A DNA stretch of 64,000 nt from Scyliorhinus canicula (taxonomy: Eukaryota): the NCBI RefSeq assembly GCF_902713615.1, contig NW_024055490.1, positions 405,262-469,261 on the forward strand, given 5' to 3'. Positions within the stretch are counted from its first letter, which is position 1. Every line of letters starts with the position of its first letter. Position numbers and translations under genes: made by a program. Under the pieces are notes generated by a model. It worked only from the letters and a program-made list of their open reading frames with translations, did no database searches and had not been told where the DNA came from. Of the stretch, positions 25,690-38,185 are shown in pieces.

Positions 25690-28560
25690 GGTCTTCCTAC
25701 CATAAAATCATAAAACATAGGAGTAGAACCCGGCCTTTCAGTCCATCCAGACTGCTCCGCATTCAATCATGACTGTTATGTTTCGAATCCCCATTCTCCT
25801 GCCTTCTCCCCATGATCCCTGGTCCCCTTATTGATCAAGAGCCTGTCTATCTCTATCTTAAAGACACTCAGTGATTTGCCCTCCACAGCCTGCGGCGGGA
25901 ATGAGTTCCACAGATTCAAGACACTCTGGCTGAATGAATTCTCAGTTTTGAAGGCTCGTCCCTTAAATCTAAGGCTGTGCCCTTGGGTTCTAGTTTCACC
26001 TACTAGGCCTCTCGCTATTCTGTAAGTTTCAATGTGACCCCACCCCCGCCCCCGCCCCACGCCCCACTCCCCTCACAGCGCCTCATCCTTCTAAACTCTA
26101 TCCAGCAGAGACCCAGAGTCCTCAACCATATGACAAGTCCGTCATTCCGAGGATCAGTCTTGTGAATCTCCTCTGGAGCTTCTCCAAGGCCAGCACATTG
26201 TTTCTTAGCCTGACCAGGTCTTTTTGCAGCCTCTCTGCTTCCTCAGCACGACTGGTTCCTCTACGTATCTTGGCATCGTATGAAAACGTAGAAACAGTGC
26301 CCACAGTTCAAAAGTAATAATAAAAATCTTTATTAGCTTTTACATTATATCAGCTTTTAAAAGCTTCCGTATCCTTTGGCATCCCATTAATCTTCGCCAC
26401 ATTGTATGCTTATTCCTTTGCTTTTATGCTGTCCTTGACTTCCCCTGACAACCATGGATGCCCTGTCCTCATGCAAGAACCACAGGTTTGTCCCGGGTAG
26501 GATGGATGGTGGGTTCCAGAACTGGCAGAGGGCAGGCATCTGAAGGATGGGAGATCTGTTCATAGACGGAAGCTTTCCCAGTTTGAAGGCGCTAGAGGAC
26601 AAATGTAATCTGCCGCCAGGAAACACCTTTAAATATCTGCAAGCACGAGCCTTCCTGAAAAAACAGGTGGTGGCCTTTCCGACGCTGCCGCCACTGAGGA
26701 TACAGGACAGAGTGGTCTCCGGCACCTGGGTGGGGGAGGGGAAGGTGTCGGATATCTACCAGGAACTACAGGAGGCGGAGGAAACCCCGGTGGAGGAGCT
26801 CAGGTGTAACTGGGAGGAGGAGTTGGTGAGGAGTTGGAAGCGGGTCTATGGGAAGAGGTCATGGGCAGGGTTAATTCCTCATCATCATGTGCCAGGCTCA
26901 GTCTAATTCGATTTAGACTGGCACACATGACAGCAGCGAGAATGAGCAAGTTTTTTGGGGTAGAGGACAGCTGTATGAGGTGCAAGGGCAGCCCTGCAAA
27001 CCATGTCCACACACATGTTTTGGGCATGCCCGGAACTTAGAGAGTTCTGGCAAGGGTTCACGAGGGCAAAATCCAAGGTGCTTAACACACGGGTGGTGCC
27101 AAGTCCAGAGAGAGCGATATTCGGAGTGGCAGAAGACCCGAGCGTTTTAGGGGCGAAAGAGGCCGACGTCTTGGCCTTTGCCTCCTTAGTAGCCCAGAGA
27201 CGGATTTTATTAATGTGGAGGGACTCGAAGCCCCCGAGTGTAGAAACTTGGGTTACCGACATGGCTGGGTTTCTCAGCCTCGAGAAAATAAAGTTTGCCT
27301 CAAGAGGGCCTACGCTAGGGCTCCCTCGGACGTGGCAGCCGTTCTTCGACTTTCTCGGGGAAAATTAAAATGTCGGCAGCAGCAGCAATCCGTAGGGGGG
27401 GGGGGGGGTGAGTGCTTCACTGGAATGGTGTGAGAAGGCTAGGTCACGTGGGGTAATGTCTATTTAATAGTTATTTTATATTCTCTTTTTACGCTATGTT
27501 AATGTTCACTCTAGTTTGTTTTGTTATTATTGTTACTATTGTTTTATTGTGAAAAATTCTGCAAAACCTTAATAAAAATACTTTTAGAAAATGTGTGCCC
27601 TGTCCTCCCCTTAGCATAGTTCATCCTCCTTGGGGTTAATTTTTGTACTGCCTCGCGAATATTGCCCAAAACGTCCTGCCACTGCTGTTCCAATGTCTTC
27701 CCTGCTGGGCTCACTTTCCAATCAACTCTGGCCAGCTCCTCCCTTTATCTTTGTAGTTACCTTTATTCAATTGTAATACCGTTCCATTTGATTCGAGCTT
27801 CTACCTCCCAAACTGCAGGGTGAATTCTATCTTATTGTGGTCACTGCCCCGTGAGGGTCCTTCACCTTAAGTTCCCAACTCAAGTCGACCTCATTACACA
27901 TCCCCAAATGCACAATTGCCTGTTCCCGACTGGGCTCTATCACAAGCTGCTCCGACGATGTTCCACAAATTCCTTTTCTTGGGATCTGCTCCCAACCTGA
28001 CTTCCCCTGTCCTCCTGCATATTGAAGTCCCCCATGATTAGTGTAACATTGCTTCTATCGCCTGATTTGTTTTCTGCCCCACTATCTGACTACGGCTAGG
28101 GGGCTGTACGTAATTCTCATCAGTTTCTTTGTTCCTTTGCGATTCGTCAACTCTGCTCACAGGAATGTTATGCCTTCTGACCCTAAAGTGCTTCTTGCTA
28201 TCGAGTTAATTTCATTCCTTACTCACAATGCAACCCCGCTCCCTTTTCCCATCTGCCTGTCCTTTCGATAGGACACATATCCTTGGATATTTAGATCCCA
28301 GCCCTGATTCCCTCGCAGCCACGTTTCTCTGATGTCCGCAACATCGTACCGCCCAATTCCAATGAGTGCAAGTGTTCATTTACCTTGTTTCGTACACTGT
28401 GCACATTTAGGTACACCACCCCCAGATTTGCGTCGACCACCCCTTCTCTACATTGTCCGTTTTTCTGCTGTGCCTGAAGTTGCATACCTGCCACATTTCA
28501 TACTCCCTACTCTCGGACGTGTTCTGGAAACTTTACAAACCTCTCCTGAGCCCTCGGTCC
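25690..28560 (-). mobile_element. Heavily deleted CR1 LINE (APE-domain and 3' remnants), split by an L1 insertion
   Basis: Minus-strand remnants VYLNVHSVRNKVNE, LEKLQRRFTRLILGM and GHSLRFKGRAFKTE..VLNLWNSFP. Confidence 0.7.
26471..27595 (+). mobile_element. 5'-truncated L1-clade LINE (ORF2 C-terminus and A-rich 3' end)
   Basis: CMRC..H..HMFWACPELREFW zinc knuckle and PERAIFG motif; aataaa and A-rich end; 12-bp TSD tgccctgtcctc at 26459-26470 and 27596-27607. Confidence 0.88.
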
Positions 28561-28789
28561 GTTTTACTCGGTTAATGTCCTGATCATTAGCCTGCAATCT
28601 CATATTCTCTTTTAACTTTGGTTTCCTAACTTTTCAGACAACCGACCCGCACCCCCCCCCCCCCCCAATATTTAGTTTTACTGCATCACTTCTCTGCATT
28701 GAATTTTATCTGCCACCTATCTGCCTGTGTACATGATAAAGCCAGTGACCTGTTGCAGCCTAGGCTGGACGCATCCTTGTTACAACACC

Positions 28790-31700
28790 AGGGACCGCGG
28801 GACTGTCATATGAAGAGAGATTGACTACGTCAGGATTGTTCTCGCTGGAGTTAAGAAGAATGAGTGGGGCTCTCATAGAGGCTTATAAAATTCTAAGAGG
28901 ACTAGACAGGGTAGATGCAGGGAAGATGTTACCTATGATGGGTGTGTCCAGAACCATGGGCCATAGTCTGAGGATACAGGATTCATTTCGGACAGAGATG
29001 AGGAGATATTTCTTCAACCAAGAGTAAGGTACTCTTTCATGAGTAAGGTTTCAAAGTTGCAGGAGTGTACCGGCAGGCAGGAAGGTGGTTTAAAGTGTGG
29101 CTTCTTCAATGTCAGGAGCATCCGGAATAAGTTGGGTGAACTTGCGGCATGGATTGGTACCTGGGACTTCGATGTTGTGGCCAGTTTGGAGACATGGATA
29201 GAGCAGGGACAGGAATGGTTGTTGCATGTGCCTGGGTTTAGATATTTCAGTATGCTCAGGGAAGGTGGTAAAAGAGAGGGATGGGTGGCATTGCTAGTCA
29301 TGGACAGTATTACGGTGGCAGAAAGGAATTTTGAAGAGGACTCGCCCACTGAAGTAGTATGGGCTGAGGTTAGAAACAGGAAAGGAGACGTCACCCTGTT
29401 AGGGGTTTTCTGTAGGCCTCCAAAACGTTCCAGAGATTTGGAGGAAAGGATTGCAAAGATGTTTCTGGATAGGAGCGAAAGCAACAGGTTAGTTGTTATG
29501 GGGGTGGTTTCAACTTTCCACATATTGACTGGAAACGCTTTAGTTCGAGTACTTTATATGGGTCCATTTTTGTCCAAAGCGTAGGAGGTTTTCCTGACAC
29601 AGTATGTAGATAGGCTAACGAGAGGCGAAGCCATATTGGATTTGGTAATGGGTAATGAACCAGGACAGGTGTTAGATTTGGAGGTAGGTAAGCACTTTGG
29701 TGATAGTGACCACAATTCGATTACGTTTACTTTAGTGATGGAAAGGGATAGGTATACACCACAGTGCAAGAGTTATATCTGGGGGAAAGGCAATTATGAT
29801 GCGATGAGACAAGACTTAGGATGCATGGGATGGAGAGGAAAACTGCAAGGGATGGGCACAATGGAAATGTGGAGCCTGTTCGAGGAACAGCTACTGCGTG
29901 TCCTTGATAAGTATGTACCTGACAGGCAGGGAGGAGGTGGTCGAGCGAGGGAACCGTGGTTCACTAAAGCAGTTGAAACACTTGTCAAGAGGAAGATGGA
30001 GGCTTATGTAAAGATGAGACACGAAGGTTCAGTTAGGGCGCTAGAGAGTTATATAATGAGATTCAGGCTACTAGACTAGAAGGGTTTAAGGTTCATAAGG
30101 AGGAGGTGTTAGCAATTCTGGAAAGTGTGACAAAAGATAAGTCCCCTGGGCCGGATGGGATTTATCCTAGGATTCTCTGGGAAGCGGGGGAGGAGATTGC
30201 TGAGCCCTTGGCTTTGCTGTTTAAGTCATCTTTGTCTACAGGAATCGTGCCAGAAGACTGGAGGAGAGCAAATGTTGTCCCCTTGTTCAAGAAGGGGAGT
30301 AGAGACAACCCCGGTAACTATAGACCAGTGAGCCTTACTTCTGCTGTGGGCAAAGTCTTCGAAAGGTTTATAAGAGATAGGATGTATAATCGTCTGGAAA
30401 GGAATAATTGGATTAGAGATAGCCAACATGGTTTTGTGAAGGGTAGGTCGTGCCTCACAAACCTTATTGAGCGCTTTAAGAAGGTGACCAAACAGATGGA
30501 TGAGGATAAAGCAGTTGACGTGGTGTATATGGATTTCAGTAAAGCGTTTGATAAGGTTCCCCACGGTAGGCTATTGCAGAAAATACGGAGGCATGGGATT
30601 CAGGGTGATTTAGCAGTTTGGCTCAGAAATTGCCTCGCTGGAAGAAGACAAAGAGTGCTGGTTGATGGGAAATGTTCAGACTGGAGTTCAGTTACTAGTG
30701 TTGTACCACAAAGATCTGTTTTGGGGCCACTGCTGTTTGTCATTTTTATAAATGAACTGGAGGAGGGCGTAGAAGCATGGTTGAGTAAATTTGCAGATGA
30801 CACTAAAGTCGGTGGACTTGTGGACAGTGCAGAAGGATGTTACAAGTTACAGAGGGACATAGGTAAGCTGCAGCGCTGGGCTGAGAGGTGGGAAATGGAG
30901 TTCAATGCAGAAAAGTGTGAGGTGAGTAATTTTGGAAGGAATGCCAGGAAGACATGGTACTGGCCTAATGGGAAGATTCTTCGTAGTGTGGATGAGCAGA
31001 GAGATCTCGGTGTCCATGTACATAGATCCCTGAATGTTGCCACACAGGTTGAGAGGTTTGTTAAGAAGGCGTACGGTGTGTTCGCTCTTATTGGTAGAGG
31101 GATTGAGTTTCGGAGCCATGAGGTCACGTTGCAGCTGCACGAAACTGGTGCGGCCGAATTTGGAGTATTGCGTACAATTCTGGTCGCCGCATTATAGGAA
31201 GGATGTGGACGCATTGGAAAGGGTGCAGAGGAGATTTACCAAGATGTTGCCTGGTATGGAGGGAAGATCTTATGAGGGAAGGCTGAGGGACTTGAGGTTG
31301 TTTTCATTAGAGAGAAGAAGGTTAAGAGGTGACTTAATTGAGGCATACAAGATGATCAGAGGATTAGAGAGGCTGGCCAGTGAGAGCCTTTTTCCTCGGA
31401 TGGTGATGTCTAGCATGAGGGGACACAGCTTTAAATTGAGGGGCGATAGATATAGGACAGACGTCAGAGGTAGGTTCTTTACTCAGAGAGTAGGAAGGTC
31501 GTGGAATGCCCTGCCTGCAACAGTAGTGGACCCGCCAACACTAAGGGCATCCGAATGGTAATTGGATAGACATATGGACGACAAGGGAATAGTGTAGATG
31601 GGCTTTAGAGGGGTTTCACAGGACGGCGCAACATCATGGGCCAAAGGGCAAGTACTGCGCTGTAATTTTCTATGTTCCATGTTCAAAGAGTGGAATTCAT

Positions 31701-31870
31701 GACCACAGGAAATAGTTGATCCTCAGACATGGGGAGAATGGGATTAAATGCTATGGGGAGAAAGCAGGATTAGGCTATTGAGTTGGATGATCAGCCATGA
31801 TCGTGATAAATGGCAGAGCAGGCTCGAAGGGCCAAAAGGCCTCCTCCTATTCCAAACGTCTATGTATCTC
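28790..31870 (+). mobile_element. Older CR1 3' fragment (28790-29025 and 31686-31870), split by a younger CR1
   Basis: LIEAYKILRGLDRVDAGKMLP..GHSLRI..YFFNQ resumes after 31685 with the 3' UTR. Confidence 0.7.
29026..31685 (+). mobile_element. HER1-like CR1 LINE, frameshifted ORF2 (APE endonuclease and reverse transcriptase) with an internal deletion
   Basis: FFNVRSIRNKL, DHN, KSPGPDGI, QHGFVKGRSC, YMDFSKAFDKVPH and FADD in broken frames; 6-bp TSD aagagt at 29020-29025 and 31686-31691. Confidence 0.92.
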
Positions 31871-32249
31871 TCTATGTAATCCTCTTCCCTGCTTGCTACA
31901 TTGCGAATTTTGGAGACAAATGCAACTTTTCAATTCATATCCTGTGAACCCGAGTCCCGAATCCTGTCTATTAATATATAGCATAAAAAGCAGTGCTGCT
32001 AATATTACCCACTGGAGAATAACACTGTACCCCACCCAATCTGAAACCATTGTTCACAGCTACACTGTATTCTGTCCCTTAGTCGCTGTTGTGTACATTC
32101 TGCTACTGCCCCTTTCATCACCTGAGCATCCGTTTTTCTCACTTTTCAAATATGACACAGACATTAAGACATTGGTCCCAGAACTTACCATTCCCTGCGC
32201 CCCATCAGAATTCCAAGGACAGCTTTAGTAACGCTCTGCTTGTTTAAAC

Positions 32250-33140
32250 TATTCCGTCAAATTCTCGGAGGTCAGGTACAGGACGGGGTCGTATACAAAG
32301 CAAACCTTCCTGCAAACTGAACCAGCAAACACTCTCAGGTCAAATGCATCACAGATATCGATAAAGAATAAAGCTTCCTGAAACCTGTCCCATTATACAC
32401 TCCCAGGGCCTCAACAGTAAACATTTAGTTACTGAGTAAATTTCCCTGAACAATCTCCCCTCAAATACTCGAAGGACAGGCGCAGTACAGAGCAAAGCCC
32501 CTCCACAACATCCGCCATCTAACATGTGAAGGACACGTAAAGCACATGTGAGGAACAGAGTAATGCTTCCTCTTTGCCGTCTCATCAGATACTTGCAGAG
32601 CAGGAAAAACGCAGGGTATGTGGAGAGTAAAGTTCCCCATACTCCGTCCCATTAATTGGTGTATAAAATCAAGGAATTATTTGTGTAGGAGATTGGTGTG
32701 AAAATCTCCACGCACACGGACAAACACACAGAAAAAACGCACATCTGTCTTAATGTATATAATCTCAACTGTGTAACAGTAAACATCACACAGTGCCCGA
32801 CATTGATAAACATTAATCTTGGGCCGATCCTGCAATCGATCCTGTCTCGCTTTGTACGAATGTATACCCTGAATCAGCATTCACTGCATTAGACCTAATC
32901 TCAGTTTTCGTTAATCTAGACCCTGCATCAATAATTACGGCACTAGAATCTGTCTCACTTTATATTAATCTCGACGCTCTATCAGCAATTAGTGCTCGAG
33001 AACCCTGTCTAAATTTACATCATTGAAGACCCCCTCCCCTCAGAAATCACTACACTCGGCCTTGTCTCAGTTTATATTAGTGCAGACCCTGTATCAGGAA
33101 TTACTGTACTAAGCCCTGTTTCAGTTTATATATAATTTAC
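32250..33140. repeat. Decayed ~65-bp and ~27/54-bp tandem repeats
   Basis: Recurring gaccctgtatcag.aat.actgcactag and cctgtctcagtttatatt units, also seen at 20060-20260 and 25325-25570. Confidence 0.55.
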
Positions 33141-34030
33141 ACTTTGTTGAGTTACATAGAACCATAGAAGTATAGAAGCATAGACAATAGGTGAAAGAGT
33201 AGGCCGTACGGCCCCTTTAACTTGCTCGTTCATTCGTTCTGATCGTGGCTGATCATCCAACTCAGTAATCTGTTCTCACTTTCCCTCCATATCCTATGAT
33301 CCCTATATCCACAAGAGTTAGATATAATTCCTTCCAGTAAACATACAAAGTTTTGGCCTCAACTGTTTTGTGTTGTAGAGAATTCCACAGGCTCACCGCT
33401 CTAGGTCAATAAATTTCTCCTCATCTATATCCTTAGACTGTGTCCTTGATTCTGGACTCCCCTCCATTAATCGTTGCTGCACACCCTGCCTCCGTTATTA
33501 TGAATATTTACCCTGTAACAGTAACAACTGCATTAGAACCGTGCCCCAGTTATTGTGAATCCCGGTCTTTTCAAAGAATCATAGAATCCCAACAGTGCGT
33601 AAGGAGGCCAGTCGGCCTATCGAGTCTGCAGCCGCCCTCCAAAACGGCACCCTATTGAGGACCCCTCCTCCATCCTATCCCCATAACCCCACCTAACCTT
33701 TGCACACTCAGGGAAAATCCTTTCGAATGGCCAATCCACCTAACCTGCGCATCTTTGGACTGTGGGAGGAAATTCTCGCTTTCTACTGCACTACACTGTC
33801 TCCACTTGTATTAATCAAGGCCTTGTTTTAGTAATTCCGAGACACCGCCGGCTCTGTTTATTTAATACCAGTTTCTGTACCTGTAAATGATGCGCTTCCC
33901 TCTGTTTTATTTATTACTGTGCGGGACAATACCAATATTAATCGTGATGTGGAGATGCCGGCGTTGGACTGGGGTGAGCACATAAGAATTCCTACAACAT
34001 CAGGTTAAAGTCCAACAGGTTTGCTTCAAA

Positions 34031-34065
34031 CGCTAGCTTTCGGAGCACTGCTCCTTCCTCAGGTG
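34031..34065 (-). ncRNA. Minimal type I hammerhead ribozyme motif in the PLE terminal repeat
   Basis: Minus strand cac-CUGAGGA-a-ggagc(agu)gcucc-GAAA-GCUA-gcg: intact core, palindromic AGCU helix III, CUA cleavage triplet. Confidence 0.65.
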
Positions 34066-35436
34066 AATGAAGAGGTATGTTCCAGAAACATTTATATAGA
34101 CAAAGTCAGAGATGCAAGATAATGCTTGGAATGCGAACAGTTGTAGGTAATTAAATCTTTTCAGGTCCAGAGATAGGGGTAACCCCAGGTTAAAGAGGTG
34201 TGAATTGTCTCAAGCCAGGACAGTTGGTAGGATTTCGCAAGCCCAGGCCAGATGGCGGGGGATGAATGTAATGTGACATGAATACTAGGCCCCGGTTGTT
34301 GCTGCACTCATGTGTGCAGAACATGGCTATAGGTTTCTGCTCGGCGATTCTGCCTTGTTGCGGGTCACCTCACAATGTTACACTTCTCCTGCTTCCACCC
34401 TAAACACATTAAAGAAGCCATCCCCTATGGACAAGCCCTCCGCATACACAGGATCTGCTCAGACGAGGAGGAGCGTAACAGACATCTACAGACGCTGAAA
34501 GATGCCCTCCTACGAACGGGATATAGCGCTCGACTCATCGATCGACAGTTCCAACGCGCCACAGTAAAAAAACGCACCGACCTCCTCAGAAGGCAAACAC
34601 GGGACACAACCGACAGAGTACCCTTCGTCGTCCAGTACTTTCCCGGAGCGGAGAAACTACGACATCTTCTTTACAGCCTTCAACACGTCATCGTTGAAGA
34701 TGAACATCTTGCCAAGGTCATCCCCACCCCCCACTACTTGCCTTCAAACAACCACGCGATCTCAAACAAACCATGTTTGCAGCAAACTACCCAGTCTTCA
34801 GAACAGCGACCACGGCACCACACAACACTGCCAGGGCAATCTCTGCAAGACGTGCCAGATCATCGACATGGATACCACCATTACACGTGAGAACACCACC
34901 CACCAGGTACACGGTACATACTCGTGCGACTCGGCCAACGTTGTCGACCACATACGCTGCAGGAAAGGAAGTGTGGTACATTGGCGAGACCATGCAGACG
35001 CTGCAACAACGAATGAGCAGGCATCGCGCAACAATCACCAGGCAGTAATGTTCCCTTCCAGTCGGGGAACACTTCAGCAGTCAAGGGCATTCAGCCTCTG
35101 ATCTCCGAGTAAGCGTTCTCCAAGGCAGCCTTCAGGACGCGCGATAACGCAGAATCGCCGAGCAGAAACTTATAGCCATGTTCGGCAGACATGAGCGCAG
35201 CCTCAATCGGGACCTGGGATTCATGTCGCATTACATTCATCCCCCACCATCTGGCCTGGGCTTGCAAAATCCTACCAACTGTCCTGGCTTGAGACAATTC
35301 ACACCTCTTTAACCTGGGGTTACCCCTATCTCTGGATCTGTAAAGACTTAATTGCCTGCAAATATTCGCATTCTATGCATTGTCTGGCATCTTTGAATTT
35401 GTCTGTATATATGTTTCTGGAACAAACCTCTTCATT

Positions 35437-35471
35437 CACCTGAGGAAGGAGCAGTGCTCCGAAAGATAGTG
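35437..35471 (+). ncRNA. Hammerhead motif, second copy (helix III mutated AGCU to AGAU)
   Basis: cac-CTGAGGA-a-ggagc agt gctcc-GAAA-gata-gtg. Confidence 0.55.
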
Positions 35472-36269
35472 TTTGAAACAAACCTGTTGGACTTTAACCT
35501 GGTGTTGTAAGACTTCTTACAATATTAATCGTGCAATGGGTTACATCTAATTTATTACCGCACTCCTCCACATCTCTGTTTAAAATAAAATAGGTCCTTT
35601 CTCAGTTCTCTCTCAATTAGACCCTCTCAGTGTTTATATCTTTCGATATTATTCCAGTTATTTATACATTAGATCATTCTTCTGTGGCCTCTATAAGTTA
35701 ATCTAGTTGAGTTTTTACTTGTAGTTAGACGATGTATTTATTAATATTTTACTGCACATTGTGTTTCGTAGTATTACATTCATCCCTGCTTCAGTTATCA
35801 CTGTACTTAACCGTGTAACAAGTTTTATTACCCTGGGTCTTGTCTCTGGAATGATTGTATAGGACAATGTTTCGTTTTATCTTTCCCTCAGCATTGTATC
35901 TGTGGATATAATGCTCTCTGCAGTTAAACATTTGAATAAGAGGGACAGTGTTTCTATACATACTACTATTCACCCTTTCTCAGTAATGACTACACGAGAC
36001 TGTTTTTACTGTTTTAAGAAATAGGTGCAGTCACATTCAGAAATGCACTGAGCAACACCTCTCTCTACTGCAATTGACTCTTTTTTAATCATTGCATTAG
36101 ACCTTATATCTGTTAATATTACATTATGTGCGGATTAATTAATTGATGCATGAATCCATGCTGCTACACATGTTAGAAGTCGCCATTTCGGAGCAGTTGT
36201 TCAACTGCACCAAGTTTCCATTCATATTATGTTAACCCTACTCTCTGATGTTATTTTGTTAGACTCAGT

Positions 36270-36895
36270 TTCATTCACAGAATAATGCGACAGATTTATT
36301 TTCATTGATTACCGCACAATCAACATCCCGGGGGTTGTCATTGACTGGAAACTGAACTGGACAAGCCAGACGAATGCTGTGGCTGCCAGAGCAGTTCAAA
36401 GGGTAGGAATCCTGTGGCGAGTAACTCACATCCAGATTGCCCACAGCCTGTCCATCATCTGCAAGGCAAAAGTCTGAAGTGTAATGGAATACAAGCTCCA
36501 CTTGTCTGGAGTGCAGCTTCAACAAATCACAACAAGCTTTACACCATCCAGGACAAATCAGTCGCTTGATTGTTGCCATCCACAAGATTTACTGTTGGAA
36601 CTAATAAAGGTTTCATATTCAGCACCTACCTGACCCACGGCGACAACCATCAACGAGGACCAGAGCAGCAGATACTTTGGAACACCACCAACTGGAGATT
36701 CCTCTCCAAGTCACTCAACACTTTGACTTGGAAATATATCGCCGTTCCTTCACGGTGGCTGGGTGATAATACTGGGCTTCTCTCGCTAATACTATATGGG
36801 TGTAACTGTATATCAGGGACTGCAGATATTCAAGGCGGCAGCTCACCACCACCTTCTGAATGGCAATTTGGAATGGGCCATAATTGCTGACCCAA
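36270..36895 (+). mobile_element. Degenerate CR1-group LINE 3' remnant
   Basis: Same family as 8940-9730. Confidence 0.6.
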
Positions 36896-36929
36896 TCAGT
36901 GGCGATATATCGCGCAAATGAATGAAAAA

Positions 36930-37126
36930 NNNNNNNNNNNNNNNNNNNNNNNNNNNNNNNNNNNNNNNNNNNNNNNNNNNNNNNNNNNNNNNNNNNNNNN
37001 NNNNNNNNNNNNNNNNNNNNNNNNNNNNNNNNNNNNNNNNNNNNNNNNNNNNNNNNNNNNNNNNNNNNNNNNNNNNNNNNNNNNNNNNNNNNNNNNNNNN
37101 NNNNNNNNNNNNNNNNNNNNNNNNNN
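36930..37126. other. Assembly gap (197 N)
   Basis: Run of N. Confidence 0.99.
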
Positions 37127-37139
37127 TACCAAATACGTT

Positions 37140-37480
37140 CTATTCGTTCATGGGATGTTGTGTCACTGGCTGATCCTGCAGTTCTTACCCATCCTTGAGG
37201 GCATTTCAGAGTCAACAACATTGCTGTGGAGTCACCTGGAGTCATATGTAGACCAGACTAGGTAAGGGTGACAGATGTCCTTCCCTGAAGGACATCAGTG
37301 AACCAGATGCGGTTTGATTACACAGAACAATGGTTTCATGGTCACCATTAGACTTTTAATTCCAGATCATTCTTGATTGAAATTTCACCACCTGCCGTGG
37401 TGGGAGCCCGGGTCCCCAGAGCTTGACTCTGGGTCTCTGGATTACTAGTCCAGCGACAATACCACTGCGCCACTGCCTTG
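37140..37480 (+). mobile_element. Old interspersed repeat, homologous to 7150-7500
   Basis: Shared collinear motifs. Confidence 0.55.
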
Positions 37481-38010
37481 TACGTGAAAAGGGGAACTCA
37501 CTTGTGTTTGGAAGAATACATTTTGTCGTGTCAATAAGTATTAGCTGTCATGGAAGTTCGTTGCAAAGGCAAATACATCTTGAAACCTCCTGACGATCTG
37601 TTCTCATATCTTTGTTTCAGACTACACATAGATTAATTAATGTCTCTGTTCTCTCTCAGACTTAATTCACTTACAAAAGCATAATTAATAACTATTTGGT
37701 GTTGTGTGATTGGTCTGGTAATGGGTGTGTAATATTTTGCTGTAGGTTGGAGCGAACCTTGTGACATTCACTTCATCACCAGGCTGAGGAACAGAAACAC
37801 AGGAGCCATATTGAACTTCACATTGCACAACACAGTCACAAACTCCATTGTGTTGGATATAACTAATTCAGCCTTGTGTACATATGTGGCAATTACCCAC
37901 TGTTTCCTTTCATCATCCGAATTGTCTTTCACCCTGTTTGCTGAATGGATTTCTGTTTGCTTTTGGTCCGGCCACTGATTGTGAGAGACAGAGTCTGAAA
38001 CTGTGTGTGT

Positions 38011-38185
38011 ATGAAATGAAATGAAAAATGCTTATTGTCACGAGTAGGCTTCAATGAAGCTACTGTGAAAAGCCCCTAGTCGCCACATTCCAGCGTCTAT
38101 CCGGGGAGGTTAGTACGGGAATCGAACCGTTGTGCTGACCTGCTTTAAAAGCCAGCAACTTAGCTAAGTGAGCTAAACCAGCCCC
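38011..38185 (-). mobile_element. Short tRNA-derived SINE
   Basis: Reverse complement of the 22558-22735 family, with an (atgaa)n tail. Confidence 0.8.

Larger units (their letters stand above)
20872..25855. repeat. Tandem segmental duplication, copy B
   Basis: Starts with ctgccacatcaaatcctca, as copy A does 4718 nt earlier; carries its own SINE and CR1 insertions. Confidence 0.9.
33982..35520 (+). mobile_element. Penelope-like element (RT C-terminus and GIY-YIG endonuclease, frameshifted) with an inverted terminal repeat
   Basis: HPKHIKEAIPYGQALRIHRICSDEEER, CKTCQII, and SANVV..IRC..WYIGETMQTL motifs. 33982-34365 is the reverse complement of ~35135-35520. Confidence 0.92.
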
